In this document: one piece after another, positions 32,468-37,684 of the stretch
Layout of the letters: each line of letters opens with the position of its first letter
Position numbering within the stretch: the stretch's first letter is position 1
From: Macrostomum lignano
Taxonomy: Eukaryota
Assembly: GCA_002269645.1 (NCBI GenBank)
Contig: NIVC01004698.1
Location: 1 to 37,684 of the forward strand
DNA: 37,684 nt
Direction of reading: 5' to 3'
Translations under genes and position numbers: made by a program
The notes under the pieces: generated by a model
What the model saw: only the letters and a program-made list of their open reading frames with translations
What the model was told of the DNA's origin: nothing
The model's database searches: none

Positions 32468-33335
32468 ATTACAACCGACGGTTCAGCTGCATATGACGTC
32501 GTTATCCATCGATGTAATGTAAAAGCACATATATTTGTCATCGACGTCAATAATAGACGTTAACAACGTCGGCCAAACGTCGCTGACGTCAGATTGCTGT
32601 AAGCGGTACAGTCTACTAAACAAACCTCGGTGTCAGATTGTTGATCATCGCCACATTTACATACATGTACGTAATTTGATATTAATTTTCATGACACGCC
32701 AATGAAATGCAGATTTTTCTAAGACAACCATCACACGTTTCATGCATCACTGAGGATGCATAAATGTGTACATATCGTCTACAACGGCTCTTATCTAGGC
32801 ATTTTAGCAATCACAGTGGTCATCGATTTTATGATCTCATACTAGATACTACTAATTGACTCTAGCTTTCTTGCTACGTAAAAATATACGAAAAACTTCG
32901 TTTCTAAGAAAACCTTTTAAGACTGACTTTTTTACGCGGAAATTGTCTTCTTGATATATAATAATTATATTATTAATTGATATAATCATGTCTTGAAAGT
33001 TATGCCAGGAAAACTTATCCTTTTTAAACACAAAACTGTTTTATTAAATATGTGTTAAATGCTTATATCATACTAATAATACTACTTGCCTGTTTTAGGC
33101 CCCTATCATTTCTATAAATTTTGCTTTAACAACTGAACTCTGATGCCTTCATCTTACTTATAAAGTTATAATATAACATTTTTAGTATATGGAAATTGGC
33201 TATTGTGACTACAATTACAACTAGGACTATGGCTAGGACCTATAATGTAAGATAGAGTCTATAATATATATATATATAAACCTATGCCTTGACTTGACTA
33301 TACTATAGTCAACTTACTATGATTTAATACCAAAG

Positions 33336-33337
<2 letters not shown>

Positions 33338-33366
<29 letters not shown>
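33338..33366. repeat. (TA)n microsatellite in a very AT-rich spacer
   Basis: Direct reading. Confidence 0.9.
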
Positions 33367-33370
<4 letters not shown>

Positions 33371-34368
33371 TATAGGCCTACTAAAAATATCATACTATAT
33401 ATTAATACATGTGTATATATAAATTATAATGTATTATCCATACTAAAATAGAAAAATAATAAATAGGCCTACAATGGCCCTTTGAGCCTATCCCTTTAAT
33501 ACACTAGGCCTACTGGCCTACTAGATTTATTATATTATAGGGTAAGGATATCAATTCTCTAGAAAATTTGTATCCCTAAGACCCAAGGATTTTTTTTGGC
33601 TAAACCCTTAGCTAGAGTCTCTAGTAAAGAATATATAAACATAAAAAATATATCTATCCAAAGTTCCAAACCAAAAAAACTTGTAGATATATCATATAGC
33701 AGTTTGATTATATATATATGATTAGACTATATTTGACTATGTAATTGCTAATGCTAGTATATATAATAATAGATAGTATTGTATAGAATATAAAACTTAT
33801 AATAGTTAAAATATATATAAAAATAATTAAAATATATAATAGGCTATATATAAAAATTAAAATATTACTAAATCCCACCTTAGAAAATTATAATATGATC
33901 TAGACTACCTACCTTACGCTATCTACTATCTTGCTTGCTTGTCTTCTTAAATGCTTCAACACTTGTCTATCTGTTTATCTGCTTGCCTAGGTCTCTGCCT
34001 ATCTATCTATCTATTAAGGCAGAATTGCTACTATTTAATCACAGTTGGGAAACAGCTTGAAGCTCACAATAAGATGCTATTGTCAACAATTGAAGTATGT
34101 ATATAATGTAATCAGCTTTAACAGAGTGTCATCACTGAATTGTGAGCCCACTTTTGTTAGAAAGAGTCTTGCTAACAAAAATGCATATTCTGCTGCAACA
34201 CAAGTTGCAAAGATAGAAATCAGAATTATATATAATAACTTTATATTTCTAGCATGTTGATATAAGATAATACTGATTAAGCAGTTTTATTTATAAAAAA
34301 AATATGATATATTATGAAGTGTTAAATTCCCAGTTTATTAAAATTCACTATCTCTGGAGTTGGAGTTT

Positions 34369-34590
34369 GGGGTTATAGCCTTGTGGTTAGAGCATCAGAC
34401 TCACAAATTGAAGTCAGGGGTTAAATTCCCAATCCCACTAGAAAAAATTGTCTTAAGCAAGACATTTAATTCTGCATTGCTTCAGTTCACCTAGCTGTAA
34501 ACAGGGTAATTAAGGGTGTGTGTGGTGACCTTTTAGTCCTTTGACTGAATAGCTATACATGTATATAGCCTTAAGATGCGCCATACAAGA
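34369..34590 (+). mobile_element. tRNA-derived SINE with CORE-like central domain
   Basis: A-box TAGCCTTGTGGTTAGAGC, decayed B-box GGTTAAATTCCC, then TGTCTTAAGCAAGACATTTAA...TTCAGTTCACCTAGCTGTAAACAGGGTAAT, resembling the MIR CORE as recalled. Confidence 0.7.
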
Positions 34591-34653
34591 GCTGTAGCTG
34601 TGTTGCCATTGCACATCTGGCCCAATTGCAGCAGGTGTAATCTATTATTATTT

Positions 34654-34716
34654 TTAGTAACACAGCTGCTCTCTACTTCCAGTTCAGTAGCAAAGAAGAA
34701 TACATTTTATAAAAAT
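34654..34716 (+). mobile_element. Short fragment of the TIR MITE family
   Basis: CTACTTCCAGTTCAGTAGCAAAGAAGAATACA matches the subterminal sequence of the 28049 copy. Confidence 0.7.
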
Positions 34717-34781
34717 GGAGCCAGCTAAATCACAATGCCCCCTTGCTCACTAATTTGGCATCTTCTTATATCAGGCTTAGA

Positions 34782-35163
34782 CCCTTGGTGCTGGCCCCTT
34801 GGTGCTGGCGCCCCTTGGTGCTGGGCCCCTTGGTGCTGGCGCCCCTTGGTGCTGGCGCCCCTTGGTGCTGGCGCCCCTTGGTGCTGGCGCCCCTTGGTGC
34901 TGGCGCCCCTTGGTGCTGGCGCCCCTTGGTGCTGGCGCCCCTTGGTGCTGGCGCCCCTTGGTGCTGGCGCCCCTTGGTGCTGGCGCCCCTTGGTGCTGGC
35001 GCCCCTTGGTGCTGGCGCCCCTTGGTGCTGGCGCTCCTTGGTGCTGGCGCCCCTTGGTGCTGGCGCCCCGTGGTGCTGGCGCCCCTTGGTGCTGGCGCCC
35101 CTTGGTGCTGGCGCGGGGGCGCCCCTTGGTGCTGGCTCCCCTTGGTGCTGGCGCCCCTTGGTG
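34782..35163. repeat. 16-bp GC-rich minisatellite
   Basis: About 23 copies of CCCCTTGGTGCTGGCG, ending about 37 nt before an acceptor at 35200. Confidence 0.95.
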
Positions 35164-35204
35164 TCAATCAGCATTACATTTTTGAGAGTAAATTTTTCAG
35201 AGAA

Positions 35205-35939
35205 ATGCTGTCGCCCGGCTTGGACCAACCCGACCGCGCCCATGTCGACGCCGATGAACCTCCTGTCCGGGACGTCGGCTTGAACGAAGTCGACTTCGAC
35301 ATTGACATTGACGCGCCTCAGCCGCCGCCTCCGCCACCGGCGGCTTGCTAGACGAGTCGGATTTGGACAAGTGCAGCCGGGCCGACCTCCTAGCGATGCT
35401 CCGCGACCTCCTGGCCGACCGCGTCCGCCTGCTGCGTCGGCATTCGAGCACAGTTGATCAGCTCAGCGCCCGCCTGAGCCGGCGCTCAGACGAGTTGCAC
35501 TCGATTCGCCAGTCCGCCGAGTCAGTCGGCCGAGAGAACGCCGACCTGCGCCGCCTGCTGGCCGGGGTCGAGTCCGAGCGGCTGCGGCCTGCTGGACACC
35601 GGCCAGCAGTGGCGGGCCTTGGCCGGGCAGAGCGGCGCCGCCCTGGCCAACGAGCTGGCCGACCTGCGAGTCAAAGTGGCCGGTCTGGAGCGCCTGCTCG
35701 GACAGCTGGACGGCGGCGACTATCGGAGGCTGCCAGCTGACGGTCAGGAGGCCGCCGCCTCCATCAACTCTGCCGTTGCCAACTCGACGTCAGTCAGACT
35801 CGGCGCGGACGCTTCAGTTGATGTCGAGCGTCGACTGGCTAGCGTGGAATCTTCGCTGCCGTCGATGCGGCCGTCGGAGGCGCTGATGCTGAGGCATCTG
35901 GTGACGCTGGCCCGGCAGAAGCAGTCTGCCGCTCATTAG
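35205..35939 (+). pseudogene. Coiled-coil protein coding exon with two apparent frameshifts (pseudogene or assembly error)
   Basis: Coding-like GC-rich text switches frame near 35343 and 35588: MLSPGLDQ...PPPP / LLDESDLDKCSRADLLAMLRDLL...ERLR / LLDTGQQWRALAGQ...LANELADLRVKVAGLERLL...QSAAH*. Confidence 0.55.
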
Positions 35940-36624
35940 CACTTTTTAGATCCTTATTATATAATAATAGTTCAAACGGAGGCATCTGTCTCTGTTTTTG
36001 TTTCAAAAGTGCAATTCTACGTCTGTTGTCCAAGTGCGAGGAGAGGCGTGTCAGTTCTGCTCATTCCGCTGGCTCCTGAGCATGGAGACAGATACGTACG
36101 TAGGGCCACACGCGCTCACTCAGGGTATTGTAAATAAATCTTTACCATGGACAGCTGAAGTAGGATGGATAATTTGCTATAAGTCGGGTTTTCTTAGAAA
36201 TGAGCTTGGGGCTCAGAAATTTACCATAGACAAATTCGCTAGGGTAAGAATCAGATTACCTCTAGATAGCATACTAGATGCACTAGCGACATCTCCAGCC
36301 CATTTCTGAAAAAATCGAGTGTTGTGTTATACTAATTCATGCCTGTGAACTTTACACTGTATAATATTTTAGTAATATTTCCGAATACAAAGTTGGGTTC
36401 AAAGTATCTGTCCCTTCCTGATGTCCTTTTTATCTATTTATTTTTTATCAATGCAACCAAGGCTCTCTGCCAGTGACTGAGGTTAATGTTTTTTTAACTT
36501 TCGTCTTAACTACATAAAAATTCTTGTTCATTAGAGATAAAAGTACTTTTTGTTCTAAATGCAAACCTTAATCTCTTTCACTTGCTGTCTTTTGTCTTTT
36601 TGTTTCATTTCAATGAAAGTCTGC

Positions 36625-37495
36625 TAGGAATGAAGGCGCGGAGCTGCTGAGTGTCTGCTAGGAATGAAGGCGCGGAGCTGCTGAGTGTCTGATGGGAATG
36701 AAGGCGCGGAGCTGCTGGGTGTCTGATGGGAATGAAGGCGCGGAGCTGCTGAGTGTCTGATGGGAATGAAGGCGCGGAGCTGCTGGGAATGAAGGCGCTG
36801 GGCTGCTGGGTGTCTGATGGGAATGAAGGCGCGGAGCTGCTGGGTGTCTGACGGGAATGAAGGCGCGGAGCTGCTGAGTGTCTGGTGGGAATGAAAGCGC
36901 GGAGCTGCTGGGTGCCTGATGGGAATGAAGGCGCGGAGCTGCTGGGTGTCTGATGGGAATGAAGGCGTGGAGCTGCTGGGGAATGAAGGCGCTGGGCTGC
37001 TTGGTGTCTGATGGGAATGAAGGCGTGGAGCTGCTGTGTGATGGAATGAAGGCGCTGGGCTGCTTGGGTGTCTGATGGGAATGAAGGCGGGGCTGCTGGG
37101 TGTCTGATGGGAATGAAGGCGCGGAGTTGCTGGGTGTCTGATGGGAATGAAGGCGCGGAGCTGCTGGGTGTCTGATGGAATGAAGGGCGGAGTTGCTGGG
37201 TGTCTGATGGGAATGAAGGTGCGGAGGCTGCTGGGTGTCTGATGGGAATGAAGGCGCGGGCTGCTGGGTGTCTGATGGAATGAAGGCGCGGAGCTGCGGT
37301 GTTGATGGAATGAAGCGTGGGGCTGCTGGGTGTCTGATGGGATGAAGCGCGGGGCTGCTGGGTGTCTGATGGAATGAAGGCGCGGAGCTGCTGGGTGTCT
37401 GATGGGAATGAAGGCGGGGGGCTGCTGGGTGTCTGATGGAATGAAGGCGCGGAGCTGCTGGGTGTCTGATGGGAATGAAGGGGCGGGGCTGCTGG
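36625..37495. repeat. About 34-bp minisatellite
   Basis: About 25 copies of GGGAATGAAGGCGCGGAGCTGCTGGGTGTCTGAT. Confidence 0.95.
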
Positions 37496-37664
37496 TGTCT
37501 TGGCACCCAAGAGCAGATCCAATTGAATGGCTCTCATGCTGATAACGCTAATCAAAAAACTCAGCACATGGAAATTTTCAGGTCGCACAGCTCAGCAGCC
37601 ACGGGCCCGCACTGCCCCTACCCACTGGTCTACTACAAGATCCCTACTTCCGCGTTGTGTCCCT

Positions 37665-37677
37665 GTTGCTAGGCAAC
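37665..37677. promoter_or_regulatory. RFX X-box-like motif
   Basis: GTTGCTAGGCAAC (reverse complement GTTGCCTAGCAAC) fits the RFX consensus; downstream context is cut off by the window end. Confidence 0.35.
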
Positions 37678-37684
37678 GCGGCTG

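Noticed and set aside
34369-34440. Functional tRNA gene
   Set aside because: Decayed B-box, no clean cloverleaf, and it continues into a SINE-like body.

Overview
Eukaryotic (metazoan) genomic DNA with spliceosomal GT-AG introns, GC-rich low-complexity exons and AT-rich spacers. The style suggests the flatworm Macrostomum, but that is inference only. Spliced genes reconstructed by hand: a PP2A B56 (PPP2R5C/D-type) subunit (+, 3 exons); a GPI-anchored Ly6/uPAR protein (-, 2 exons found); an ankyrin-repeat MAP3K19/YSK4-like kinase (+, 5 exons); a 129-aa type II membrane protein only partly visible in the ORF track (-, 3 exons), head-to-head with a GIPC PDZ adaptor (+, 4 exons); and a frameshifted coiled-coil gene (+). 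The rest holds about a dozen distinct minisatellite arrays, many next to 3' splice sites. Also present: a TIR (P-like) MITE family including a 38-bp minimal element with an 8-bp TSD, two convergent Gypsy fragments, a tRNA/CORE-type SINE and a CCAAT-box array with TATA/Inr. No CRISPR, rRNA or intact tRNA was found. Most long ORFs in the track are repeat artefacts. All coordinates were counted by hand and repeat edges are approximate.
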